Source: Polyangiales bacterium | GTDB taxonomy: Bacteria; Myxococcota_A; Polyangia; Polyangiales; Polyangiaceae | DNA: 64,000 nt | Direction of reading: 5' to 3' | NCBI GenBank assembly: GCA_038231275.1 | Contig: JBBRLQ010000002.1 | Location: 224,001-288,000 of the forward strand | Part shown: piece by piece, positions 38,701 to 46,408 of the stretch | How the letters are laid out: the number at the start of each line of letters is the position of its first letter | Numbering within the stretch: the stretch's first letter is position 1 | Program-made: the position numbers and the translations under genes | Notes under the pieces: model-generated | Told to the model about the DNA's origin: nothing | Seen by the model: only the letters and a program-made list of their open reading frames with translations | Database searches by the model: none

Positions 38701-39248
38701 GCGCCGATCAGCGCCATGTCGCTCATGTCGTTCTTCGCGAAGTTGAGCTTGACCCACTGGCGGACTTTCCAGTCAAGCTCCTGATTCTCTGTGAACTCGT
38801 TCGTCTTCTCGCCGTCCAGGTTGATCCTGTACTTGAGATCGACGTTCGTGATCGGCCAGACGTTGACGACCTCTGGGTCTCGCGTCTGCTGATCCGGATT
38901 GGTAAGGCCGCCGATTTCGCGCGTGTTGAGCGCGCGAAGCTTGTCGGACGTGACGTCGAAACGGACCAGCTTTACATCGCTCACCGTTCCGGTCGAGATG
39001 CCGAATCCGGCGAGCGGGTTGGGGGTCGAGGCGCTGAGGATCGTGGCCTTCATCATCCAGCCAGGGTCGGCGGCAGGCTTGCCATCGCTCCCGAGCGCAC
39101 CAGAGCGAACGAGGAAGTCCTTACGGACATACTGGTTCTCGTTGAAGACGCTGTTTCGAGACGGACGGTCCGCGACACAGCCCCAGGCGGCGCTGAGCGT
39201 CGCCAGGGTCGCAGTCGCGAGGAATGCGCGATTAAACTTGGCACTCAT
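35709..39248 (-). CDS. Large zinc-dependent metalloprotease lipoprotein (metzincin, EcxA/DUF4953-like)
   Basis: Lipobox AWG-C; HEFGHTLGLDHN (HExxHxxGxxH); Met-turn SSSLMDY; GDIRYNWLRW, DPRTGE, YD..AI.FIY and YCND motifs. Confidence 0.88.
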   Translation of the reverse strand: MSAKFNRAFLATATLATLSAAWGCVADRPSRNSVFNENQYVRKDFLVRSGALGSDGKPAADPGWMMKATILSASTPNPLAGFGISTGTVSDVKLVRFDVTSDKLRALNTREIGGLTNPDQQTRDPEVVNVWPITNVDLKYRINLDGEKTNEFTENQELDWKVRQWVKLNFAKNDMSDMALIGAQSILSACTDQGNSSVTLVPDSLFVDEKNDYMSWDISMSFPLNFTDTACTQQYGEPGMTFQRMGRDTVNFTVKYSMTRTKPLNPDGTSADGYVPFELPEKDTIRRKYGTIDNTLISRDNDTGLLAARQLVIRHNPNKDITYYFAPGYPEERKKYFTDPGGIIDQTNQVFADAGAKTHLIVRNFDDKTDLPTTANGQQPARQFGDIRYNWLRWISDIDSGGTTGVLADTSLGGNDPRTGENISGNIRFYNFNFKDAVQARLEFYLQSVGAMPTNPDGTWPDGPAGCKDGDVLPFVAVSTDTTAATLASRNSHSTLYAKMQEYLQKSVAKWGNLSPSDFVVKQDQDFFNGLYAILPYQIYGDPAANQFVTPEGADTAYGGSAANLMARARTEADFSKLMGQIDRGQAPFDITPGPDGVRAAAAFADQLKSLTINHREFDFAKMYNRRGRHVFEDSTDMFNYIDVFQRDGRHCINGAWETKEQYENSMADSYYAQTTWHEFGHTLGLDHNWMGSVDRPNFPHYKDGSGRDHLGGYSSSLMDYNATPDRVFWKNDSAKFGWYPYDKAAIAFIYANAQAPGFTAPAACAPANVCTFSGQAKTGEASFKRYSDPYGSSADGKAERTYLYCNDVHTKYTPFCREFDFGTTPSEIMASAIDNYEWQYKWRNFRLYRKFKDYSNYATDGRQSPARVITDMRRFISQWLYDWSGGELQDTLRRVGVEAPKGVPAQNYFSQLTDKFNRDISMANQMAGAFHKAIIQQSSGERPFKTVYDNFFGDVTQQGIFSDKLFALQSWVDLWPVDNYDPDQSAGTYLASYSSYEGDFSFEGVAEDAIDSMVGGQYDTYPFLRLTAVTMFAKATHDLNFPGRVDTRDWIGGHVFARERDFLDYFRGLAVKNNTYCPDPQTLDDCKYDPRNRRAGPGDTGHSDDFNEFVGPENRRWSWTYIQDRNYWVAVDRDRNTASYQIIRSYNDQVVHGEQGGVGPFYVQLQVKYFLDSYLQYN

Positions 39249-39279
39249 GACTATGTGTTCTCCGGTTCTCGATAAAGCG

Positions 39280-42200
39280 TCACTGAGAAAGAAGGGCCGG
39301 GTCCCAAAGAACGGCGTCGTCGATACGACCTGCGCCGAAGCTCTTCGAGATGTCGACCGACACGCCGTAGGCGCGCGAGTAGATCTTGTCGATGTAGTTG
39401 TTGAACGGCGAGTAGCGGACGACGATGTCGCACGCCTGCGTCGACCCCGGGTGCGCGGTCAGCCAGTCGAGGATCGACTGGGCCGAGTCGTACATGCGGG
39501 AGCGGAGGATGTGGTTGGTCGCCGGATCCTTGCAGATGAAGATGTCGCCGAGGAAGTCCGACGTGTCGATCCCCTGAACGGTGATCGCATTGGTCGGGAT
39601 GAACTGCGGGCGGCTCGTTCCGTCGCAGCAGTAGTTGATCAGGCGATCCTTACGCTGGCAGACGAACTTGGTGGCGCTCGCCGCATCGAGGTTGTCGAGG
39701 CAGGCAAGCGATCCGCAGGTCTTCGTGTCGTCGAGACCCGTGCAGGTCTTGCCGATGTTCGTGTCGACGTGACAACCCGGGTCCGCTGTGGCCACCGGAA
39801 GGCCGTCGCCGGGGGTCTTCTCGACGAAGATGTTGGGCGAGTAGAGCGCTTCGACCTTCTTCGGGTTGTTGTCGCAGAGGAACTGCTGCTGCGTCTTGCC
39901 GCACGCCACCGCCAGGTCCAACTTCTCGGCCTTGCAGGTCGTGTAGTTGTACTTGACGTTGAAGTTCGACGTGTTGCCGACGTAGCTCAGGTTGCCGGTG
40001 GGCACGAGCTTGTCGCGGGTACCGGAGACCGGGATTTCGATGCCGACGCCAGGCTGCGACACGAGGTGCGGAACGAGCGCCTCGACGGTCTGGATGATGG
40101 CCGACGTCTGGTCGTACGGGTCGGTGAACTGCGGCATGCTGACCTTGGCGGCCTGCACGTTGGTCAGGTAGCCCGTGATCCGGATGGGGCTCTTACCGTT
40201 GTGCCAGATCGAGGCTCCCCACGCGCCCGGATAGTCTCCGAGAAGCGGGAGGCCGTCGGAGTCGAGGCCGGCGGTGCCGTGGTAGTCACCGGCGCCATCC
40301 CAGGGACCGAGCGTCGACGCGCCGCAGGGGCCGCCGGTCGTCGCGCAGGTCACGTTCTCCCAGAGGCTGGGCAGGATGTTGGTGCCGAAGAGGTTCGTGA
40401 AGCGGACGTTGTCGATGACGCCGAGCGCCTTCGTGCTGTTGCCGAGCATCGACTGGTACATCGCCCGCTCCGCGCGGCTCATCTTGCGATCCCAGTTGGT
40501 GGTGCGCTGGTTGGCGACCTTGATGTCCGAGCCGTACTCGAAGTTGGTCGGCTCGTGCGTCGCGTCGACGAACGCGCGCTCGATGTACTCGATCTTGTCG
40601 AACTGGAGGGAGTCCGAGATGTCCCAGAACACGTTCTCGAAGTCGAGCTTGACCGCGGCGACGTCGGCCGGGGTGACCAAGTGCTGCTTCGTACCGAACG
40701 CCTTGAGGTACTTCACGAGGGCCAGCGAGTACTGCTGGAAGAAGAACCGGCGATCACGCGCGGCCGGCGGGAGGTTGAAGACGTCGCTCCTGCCGAAGAC
40801 GTCGATGACGCGCTGGTAGGTGCCGTCCCAGAGCGGGAGGCCCGGGTTCGCATTGGCAGAATCGCCATTGCAGCCCGCCGCGGCGAAGTCCGACCCGTTG
40901 AGGTTGCTGGCGAGCACGCCTTCGGGATCGTCACAGATGATCGTGATGGGATCGCTGGGCTTCAGGTAGCCACCGCGCGGGACGAGGTACCCGTAGAGAC
41001 GCGGGCTGCCGCTCTGCGCGGCGCTGATCGCGTCGAGGTCACCCGGGTCGAACTTGCCGGTGCCCGGCACGAGGCCGAGGAGCGGGCCAGGAAGGAGCAT
41101 TCCTTCGAGGCCGGTGCATCCCGCCGCGCGGACCGGGTTGGTCGCGGTGATGAAGCACTTGGGATCGCCCAGGTTGTGCTGCAGGGCCACCGGGGTGTTC
41201 GCGACGCGGTAGAGCTCCGCCTGCGAGAGACGCGCGTACTCGCGAAACACGAGGCCGGTGCCGTGAACGTCGAGGTTCTTGGTCGAGACGACGCCGCCCT
41301 TGTACTCGTTCGAGTTCAATCCGCGGGCGCGGACGTCGAAGATCCACTCCGTCGTGATGTCCGTCGGCGCGGGGAGGTCGGTGTCCTTGACGTAGTCGTA
41401 GGTCGACTTCTGAACCGTGATGTTCTGGTTGACGCCGACGACGTTGAAGAAGATGTCGTCGAGTGTGTGGGTGTGACCGCCGACCAGCTTGTTGAAGTTC
41501 TGCTTGTCGAGGGTTTGGTCACCGGTGATGTTGACGCAGTTGTCGAGCATCGCCTGCCAGGTCTGGCCGAGCTTGATCTCGCAGTTCTTCGCGCCGCCGG
41601 CGCCGAGGCCCTGCTGGGCGATCGGACCTTCCGCGTCGATCTTCACCGTCATCGGCGCGTTCGAGTACGGGAGGATCTTGACGAAGAAATTGTAGAAGAG
41701 GAACGGCGTGGTGAGCGTGGGCTGCGGCGTGTGCGCGTGGAACTCGAAGTAGACGGCCGCCGGGCGGAAGCCAAAGATGGCGGTGCCGCCGCCGTCGTCG
41801 GGGAGCTCGAGGCAACCACCGTTGCCGCCGCAGCTGTCGGACGACGACTGGTCGGGCATATACGACGCGATGACCGCGTCATAGAGCTCGGTGATCTTCG
41901 CGTCCCAGTCGGGGGCGGCCGGATCGAACAGCCACGGGGCGTTGTTCTTCAGCGGAAGACCGCCGACACCGACCTCGTACTGATCGTTCGCGTGCGGGCA
42001 GGTGTCGTCCTGCTTGACCATCGGGTTGCCCTTGGCATCGACCGCGGTGTAGTTGTAGCAAGTCTGGCCGCTGTTGAGCTTGCGGCCTTTGACCTTGATT
42101 TTGCCTGAGTAGCCCAGGTTCAGGACCATCTGGGTCACGACGTGCGTGCCGATGTCGTAGAAGAACTGGATCTCGGAGTTGTCGCCCCAGTGGACGCCGC

Positions 42201-42579
42201 CGTTGCCGTCGCTGACGGACTGGCAGTTGATCTGGTCGGCCTGCTCGACCGTGATGCCGCGCCACGTGTCGTCGCCGGCCATGTCGATGTTGCCGTAGAG
42301 ACGCGGCGGAGCGACCGGGGCCGAGATGGCCTTGGCCCACGTGAGCCGCTTCGTGTCCGCGTCGCAGATCTCCTGGCGGCTCGAGCCCTTGCCCGGAGTG
42401 CCGTCAAGGCCCGTCCTGCTCGGATCGATCACCGGCGTCTTGCCAGGATCGTATCCCGAGTTCATCAAATCTCCTGCACCCGCGGGCGCCGGCGAATACG
42501 TCTGATTCGGACCGTCTTCGCACGCAACGAGCGTTGCCGAAGAGAGTGCGGCGATGAGTAGTTTGGTCGACCTTCGCAT
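39280..42579 (-). CDS. Large (~1100 aa) uncharacterised lipoprotein
   Basis: ATG 42579, MRRSTKLLIAALSSATLVA-C; long open frame with strong C/G third-position bias; Cys-rich insert near the C-terminus; no recognisable catalytic motif. Confidence 0.85.
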   Translation of the reverse strand: MRRSTKLLIAALSSATLVACEDGPNQTYSPAPAGAGDLMNSGYDPGKTPVIDPSRTGLDGTPGKGSSRQEICDADTKRLTWAKAISAPVAPPRLYGNIDMAGDDTWRGITVEQADQINCQSVSDGNGGVHWGDNSEIQFFYDIGTHVVTQMVLNLGYSGKIKVKGRKLNSGQTCYNYTAVDAKGNPMVKQDDTCPHANDQYEVGVGGLPLKNNAPWLFDPAAPDWDAKITELYDAVIASYMPDQSSSDSCGGNGGCLELPDDGGGTAIFGFRPAAVYFEFHAHTPQPTLTTPFLFYNFFVKILPYSNAPMTVKIDAEGPIAQQGLGAGGAKNCEIKLGQTWQAMLDNCVNITGDQTLDKQNFNKLVGGHTHTLDDIFFNVVGVNQNITVQKSTYDYVKDTDLPAPTDITTEWIFDVRARGLNSNEYKGGVVSTKNLDVHGTGLVFREYARLSQAELYRVANTPVALQHNLGDPKCFITATNPVRAAGCTGLEGMLLPGPLLGLVPGTGKFDPGDLDAISAAQSGSPRLYGYLVPRGGYLKPSDPITIICDDPEGVLASNLNGSDFAAAGCNGDSANANPGLPLWDGTYQRVIDVFGRSDVFNLPPAARDRRFFFQQYSLALVKYLKAFGTKQHLVTPADVAAVKLDFENVFWDISDSLQFDKIEYIERAFVDATHEPTNFEYGSDIKVANQRTTNWDRKMSRAERAMYQSMLGNSTKALGVIDNVRFTNLFGTNILPSLWENVTCATTGGPCGASTLGPWDGAGDYHGTAGLDSDGLPLLGDYPGAWGASIWHNGKSPIRITGYLTNVQAAKVSMPQFTDPYDQTSAIIQTVEALVPHLVSQPGVGIEIPVSGTRDKLVPTGNLSYVGNTSNFNVKYNYTTCKAEKLDLAVACGKTQQQFLCDNNPKKVEALYSPNIFVEKTPGDGLPVATADPGCHVDTNIGKTCTGLDDTKTCGSLACLDNLDAASATKFVCQRKDRLINYCCDGTSRPQFIPTNAITVQGIDTSDFLGDIFICKDPATNHILRSRMYDSAQSILDWLTAHPGSTQACDIVVRYSPFNNYIDKIYSRAYGVSVDISKSFGAGRIDDAVLWDPALLSQ

Positions 42580-43144
42580 CGGACTCCTCGTGATCAATTC
42601 AAGCCCCTGAGACCCGCTACCGCGCCCGCCACCCCGTCTCTTGACGCCACCGAATGGCTTCAGGATGGGCACAGCTAGGCTTGGCCCGGCCTCTTACCCT
42701 CCCTCTCTCGGGCACGCAATCACCGAATTGACCGAAACATGCGGCCCCGCAATTTCATGCCCGGGCAGATTGCACCGATTTCGAGCTCGACAAGGACGTT
42801 TTGCGACGCCGCGTTTTGCGCAAGGGCATAGATAGATTGTGCTAACCGACCCTCCTGCCTCGACGCGACCGTCGCGATCATCGGTCAGATCCCGATTGCA
42901 TTTGCTTACATTGTAGGATGCCGATTTTCGGGTACAATTTTCCTACGTCACTGGAACACACCAGCTCCGCGCGGCTGTGGTGATTTCGCAAGTCTGCGCT
43001 GGGTCAAGAGAATCTCCGGCGACCACGTCACGGATGTCATAGCTCACCCTCATCGCCGGTGTTGTCCGGGCCAGTGGGGGGATGGACGAGCTTTCGCGCG
43101 GCTCGGCTGGAGACTCTCGAGGGAAGCTTGTAGCCTCTCGCGTG

Positions 43145-44056
43145 ATGCGTCCGTGGCTCACGGCAGGGCTCTTGGCGGCGGGTCTGGGAACGACCCTTCT
43201 GGGCACGGTTCCAGAGGCCCAGGCGTTCTGCCGCTCGACGACCTGCAGAGGGGATTGCCCTACGGATGATCAGGGGTGCCCAAGCTCCGGCAAGCCGCTC
43301 TACTGGCCGGGCGCCTGCCTCGGGTTCGATCTGCAGAAGAGCGGCACCCAGAGCCTCGATTTGGCGGACGTCCGCATCGCGGTCCAGAAATCATTCCGGC
43401 AATGGAGCGAGGTCCCCTGCCCCGCGCTCAAGGGGAACCTGGCGAGCCTGTCGTTCACCGAGCTGCCCGACGTCGCGTGCGCGAAGAGTCAGTACAATCC
43501 CGATGGGCAGAACGTGAACGTCGTGCTCTTTCGCGACGACGACTGGAAGTACAAGGGCATCGACGGCACGCTCGCGAAGACTGCGGTGACGTACGACGAT
43601 CGCACCGGGGAAATCTTCGACGCCGACATCGAGATCAACGCCGCGTTCAATAACCTCACCGTCGGCGACGCGAAGGTCGGGTACGATCTGCGGACGATCG
43701 TGACGCACGAAGCCGGGCATTTCATCGGCCTCGCGCACAGCCCCGATCCGAACGCGTCGATGTACGCGACGTACGCTCCAGGGACGGCGGCGGGGCGTGT
43801 CCTCAGCGACGACGACATCGCCGCGTTGTGCGCGGTCTACCCGCCAGGGCGGCAAGCGGCGTGTGACTCCACGCCGAAGGGGGGAATCGGCGCGAGCTGC
43901 GACGATCCGGTGAAAAGCGGGTGCGCGGTGGCCCCATCGCTCGAGGCCGCGACGCCGCCGCTCGAGGCGCTCGCAGGGCTCGGCGCGTTCGGGACGCTCG
44001 CGCTGGTGACGCGCTGGACGCGACGCGCGCGGCGACGAGGCAAAGCGCGCGCGTGA
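43145..44056 (+). CDS. Matrixin-like (M10) metalloprotease with MYXO-CTERM-like C-terminal anchor
   Basis: Signal peptide (AQA-FC); DADIEIN, THEAGHFIGLAHS, ASMY Met-turn; C-terminus SGCAV...hydrophobic...RRARRR. Confidence 0.88.
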   Translation: MRPWLTAGLLAAGLGTTLLGTVPEAQAFCRSTTCRGDCPTDDQGCPSSGKPLYWPGACLGFDLQKSGTQSLDLADVRIAVQKSFRQWSEVPCPALKGNLASLSFTELPDVACAKSQYNPDGQNVNVVLFRDDDWKYKGIDGTLAKTAVTYDDRTGEIFDADIEINAAFNNLTVGDAKVGYDLRTIVTHEAGHFIGLAHSPDPNASMYATYAPGTAAGRVLSDDDIAALCAVYPPGRQAACDSTPKGGIGASCDDPVKSGCAVAPSLEAATPPLEALAGLGAFGTLALVTRWTRRARRRGKARA

Positions 44057-44099
44057 GATCCCCGCGACAGCGGTCGAGAGAGCGTCTATAGACGCGTTC

Positions 44100-45338
44100 G
44101 TGAAATTCGTGGATCAGTGCGACGTCTCGGTGGTCGCGGGAAAAGGGGGCAACGGCTCCGTCGCGTTCCGTCGCGAGAAATTCGTGCCGTTCGGCGGCCC
44201 TTCGGGAGGCGACGGCGGGAGCGGCGGAAGCGTGGTTTTCCTCGCGGATCCTGGACTGTCGACGCTGCTCGACGTGACGTACGCGCACACGCTGAAGGCG
44301 CCCGACGGGCAGCACGGCATGGGCAAGGACTGCTACGGCAAGGGCGGCGTCGATCTCGTCGCCCGCGTGCCGGTGGGGACGCAAGTGTTCGCGCGCGAGA
44401 CCCACGAGCTGCTCTACGACTTGAACGAGCCGCACATGCGCATCGTGATCGCGAAGGGCGGCAAGGGCGGGCGCGGAAACATGCACTTTGCAACCCCGTA
44501 CGATCGCGCGCCGCGACGAGCCGAGCACGGGTTGCCGGGTGAAGAGAAGCTCCTGCGGCTCGAGCTCAAGGTGATGGCCGACGTCGGGCTGCTGGGCTTC
44601 CCGAACGTCGGAAAATCCACGTTCATTCGCGCGTGCTCGCGGGCGACACCGAAGGTCGCGGACTATCCGTTCACGACGCTCGTGCCGCACCTCGGGGTCG
44701 TGCGCATCGACGACCAAGCGAGCTTCGTCGTGGCGGACATCCCGGGGCTCATCCCCGGCGCGGCGGACGGCGCGGGGCTCGGCATTCGGTTTTTGCAGCA
44801 CGTCGAGCGCACACGCGCGCTGCTCCATCTCGTGACGCTCGATCCGAGCGACGGGCGGGAGCCGGTGAGCGACTACGACGCGCTCGTCGCCGAGCTGCAA
44901 AAATTCGACGAGGCGCTCGCGGATCGGCCCACGATCGTCGCGATGACGAAGGCCGACCTGACGGAGGTGCGCGAGGCGTACGCGAAGGTGAAGCCGCTCT
45001 TCAAGAAGAAGAGCATCGATTTGCGGCTCGTGTCGGCGGCGACGGGTGATGGCATGCGGCAGCTCGTCATCGATCTGTTTCGGCTGGTGCGCGCTGGAGA
45101 AGCGCCGAAGTCGGAGAAGATCCCCGCGGCACGGAAGCGCACGCCGAAGCCGAAGCCGATTCGGAAGCTGACGCTGAAACGGAAGCCGACACCGAAAGCG
45201 AAGCCGAAGCCGAAGCCGACACCGAAAGCGAAGCCGAAGCCGAAGCCGATCCCCAAAGCGAAGCCGAAGCCGAAGCCGATCTCCAAAGCGAAGCCGAAGC
45301 CGAAGAAGAGGGCTGCCGCGCGCGCGAGGGGGCGTTGA
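44100..45338 (+). CDS. obgE: GTPase ObgE/CgtA with basic Lys/Pro-rich C-terminal tail
   Basis: MKFVD, GGNG..FRREKFVPFGGPSGGDGG, ADVGLLGFPNVGKST, YPFTT, DIPGLI, TKAD, SA. Confidence 0.97.
   Translation: MKFVDQCDVSVVAGKGGNGSVAFRREKFVPFGGPSGGDGGSGGSVVFLADPGLSTLLDVTYAHTLKAPDGQHGMGKDCYGKGGVDLVARVPVGTQVFARETHELLYDLNEPHMRIVIAKGGKGGRGNMHFATPYDRAPRRAEHGLPGEEKLLRLELKVMADVGLLGFPNVGKSTFIRACSRATPKVADYPFTTLVPHLGVVRIDDQASFVVADIPGLIPGAADGAGLGIRFLQHVERTRALLHLVTLDPSDGREPVSDYDALVAELQKFDEALADRPTIVAMTKADLTEVREAYAKVKPLFKKKSIDLRLVSAATGDGMRQLVIDLFRLVRAGEAPKSEKIPAARKRTPKPKPIRKLTLKRKPTPKAKPKPKPTPKAKPKPKPIPKAKPKPKPISKAKPKPKKRAAARARGR
45181..45300 (+). repeat. Four tandem 30-bp repeats (GAAGCCGAxxCxAAAGCGAAGCCGAAGC.) encoding KP(T/I)(P/S)KAKPKP in the obgE tail
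   Basis: Direct reading of 45181-45300; weaker upstream copies from about 45140. Confidence 0.9.
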
Positions 45339-46408
45339 GCGAGAAGAGCGAAGAGGCGACGCCGAAGCGGCTGCGAAAGGCGCAAGACGAGGGGGACAGC
45401 GGGCAGAGCGCGTTCGCGTCGCAGTCGGTCGCGTTCCTCGTCGCGGTGGCGCTCGTGCCCGGGGCGATCGCCGTCCTCGTCACGCGCTCAGCGGATGGAT
45501 TGCGCGCGGCGATCGCGCGGGCGGCGGACGTGAGCCCGGGCGACGGCGCGGTCGTCGACTCTGCGGCGCTGGCTTCGGATCTGGTGCTGCTCGCGGTGCC
45601 GGTGCTGCTTGGCGCGGCGGTCGCGTCGGCGGTGACGAGCGTGGTGCAGACCGGCGGCATCGTCGCGACGAAGAAGCTCGCGCCGAAGCTCGAGCGGCTG
45701 AACGTGTTCGACGGATTCGCGAAGCTCTTCACCGCCGCGCGCCTCTTCAGCGTCGTGCGCGCGCTGGCGTTCGCCGCGCTGGTGTCCTATCTCGCGTACC
45801 GAGGCCTGCGCGCGCACCTCGCCGACTTGGCGCGATTGTCGGGGCAGCTCGGCTACGTGGGGCGCGCGGTGGCGGAAATCGCGCATGGGGTTGCGATGCA
45901 AGCTGCGCTGGCGGGCGTTGCGCTCGGCGTCGTGGACCTGGTGGTGGTGCGCACGAGCTGGCGAAAGCGCCTGCGCATGAGCAAGGACGAGGTGAAGCGC
46001 GAGCACAAGGAGAGCGACGGCGATCCGCAGACCAAAGCCGCGCGCGAGCGGGCACACCACGAAATGCTCGCGGCGGCGACCGTTGCGAGCGTGCGCACGG
46101 CGAGCGTGGTGGTGGTGAACCCGACGCACATCGCGTGCGCGCTCCGGTACGAGGAGAAGGCGGGCGGCGAGGGCGACGCGGCGCCCGTCGTGGTGGCGAC
46201 CGGCGAAGGGGAGCTCGCGCAACAAATCGTGCGCGCCGCCCACGCGTACGGCGTGCCGATCCTGCGCGACGTCCCGCTGGCGCGCGCGCTCGTGGAGCTC
46301 CAGGTCGGAGATCAAATCCCCGAGGCGCTCTACGAAGCGGTCGCGGAGATCCTGCGCGAGGCCTGGGACGAGAGCGGCGCTACGGATCGCGAGACGTCAG
46401 ACCGGTGA
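45335..46408 (+). CDS. sctU: Type III export apparatus substrate-specificity switch protein (SctU/YscU/FlhB family)
   Basis: SEKSEEATPKRLRKAQDEG, four TM segments, LRMSKDEVKREHKESDGDP, NPTH autocleavage motif, PLARAL...IPEALYEAVAEIL. TTG start overlaps the obgE stop. Confidence 0.92.
   Translation: MSEKSEEATPKRLRKAQDEGDSGQSAFASQSVAFLVAVALVPGAIAVLVTRSADGLRAAIARAADVSPGDGAVVDSAALASDLVLLAVPVLLGAAVASAVTSVVQTGGIVATKKLAPKLERLNVFDGFAKLFTAARLFSVVRALAFAALVSYLAYRGLRAHLADLARLSGQLGYVGRAVAEIAHGVAMQAALAGVALGVVDLVVVRTSWRKRLRMSKDEVKREHKESDGDPQTKAARERAHHEMLAAATVASVRTASVVVVNPTHIACALRYEEKAGGEGDAAPVVVATGEGELAQQIVRAAHAYGVPILRDVPLARALVELQVGDQIPEALYEAVAEILREAWDESGATDRETSDR

Noticed and set aside
38899-42108. 1069-aa + strand ORF
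   Set aside because: Antisense shadow of the large lipoprotein; R/V/G-rich with no motifs, as expected opposite a strongly codon-biased high-GC gene.
42747-42764. Possible sigma54 promoter on the minus strand (GGGCATGAAATTGC)
   Set aside because: With GGCA as the -24 element, the GG-to-GC spacing is one base short of consensus; not supportable.
45181-45300. 30-bp repeats as a CRISPR array
   Set aside because: Contiguous with no spacers, in frame within obgE, and no cas genes.
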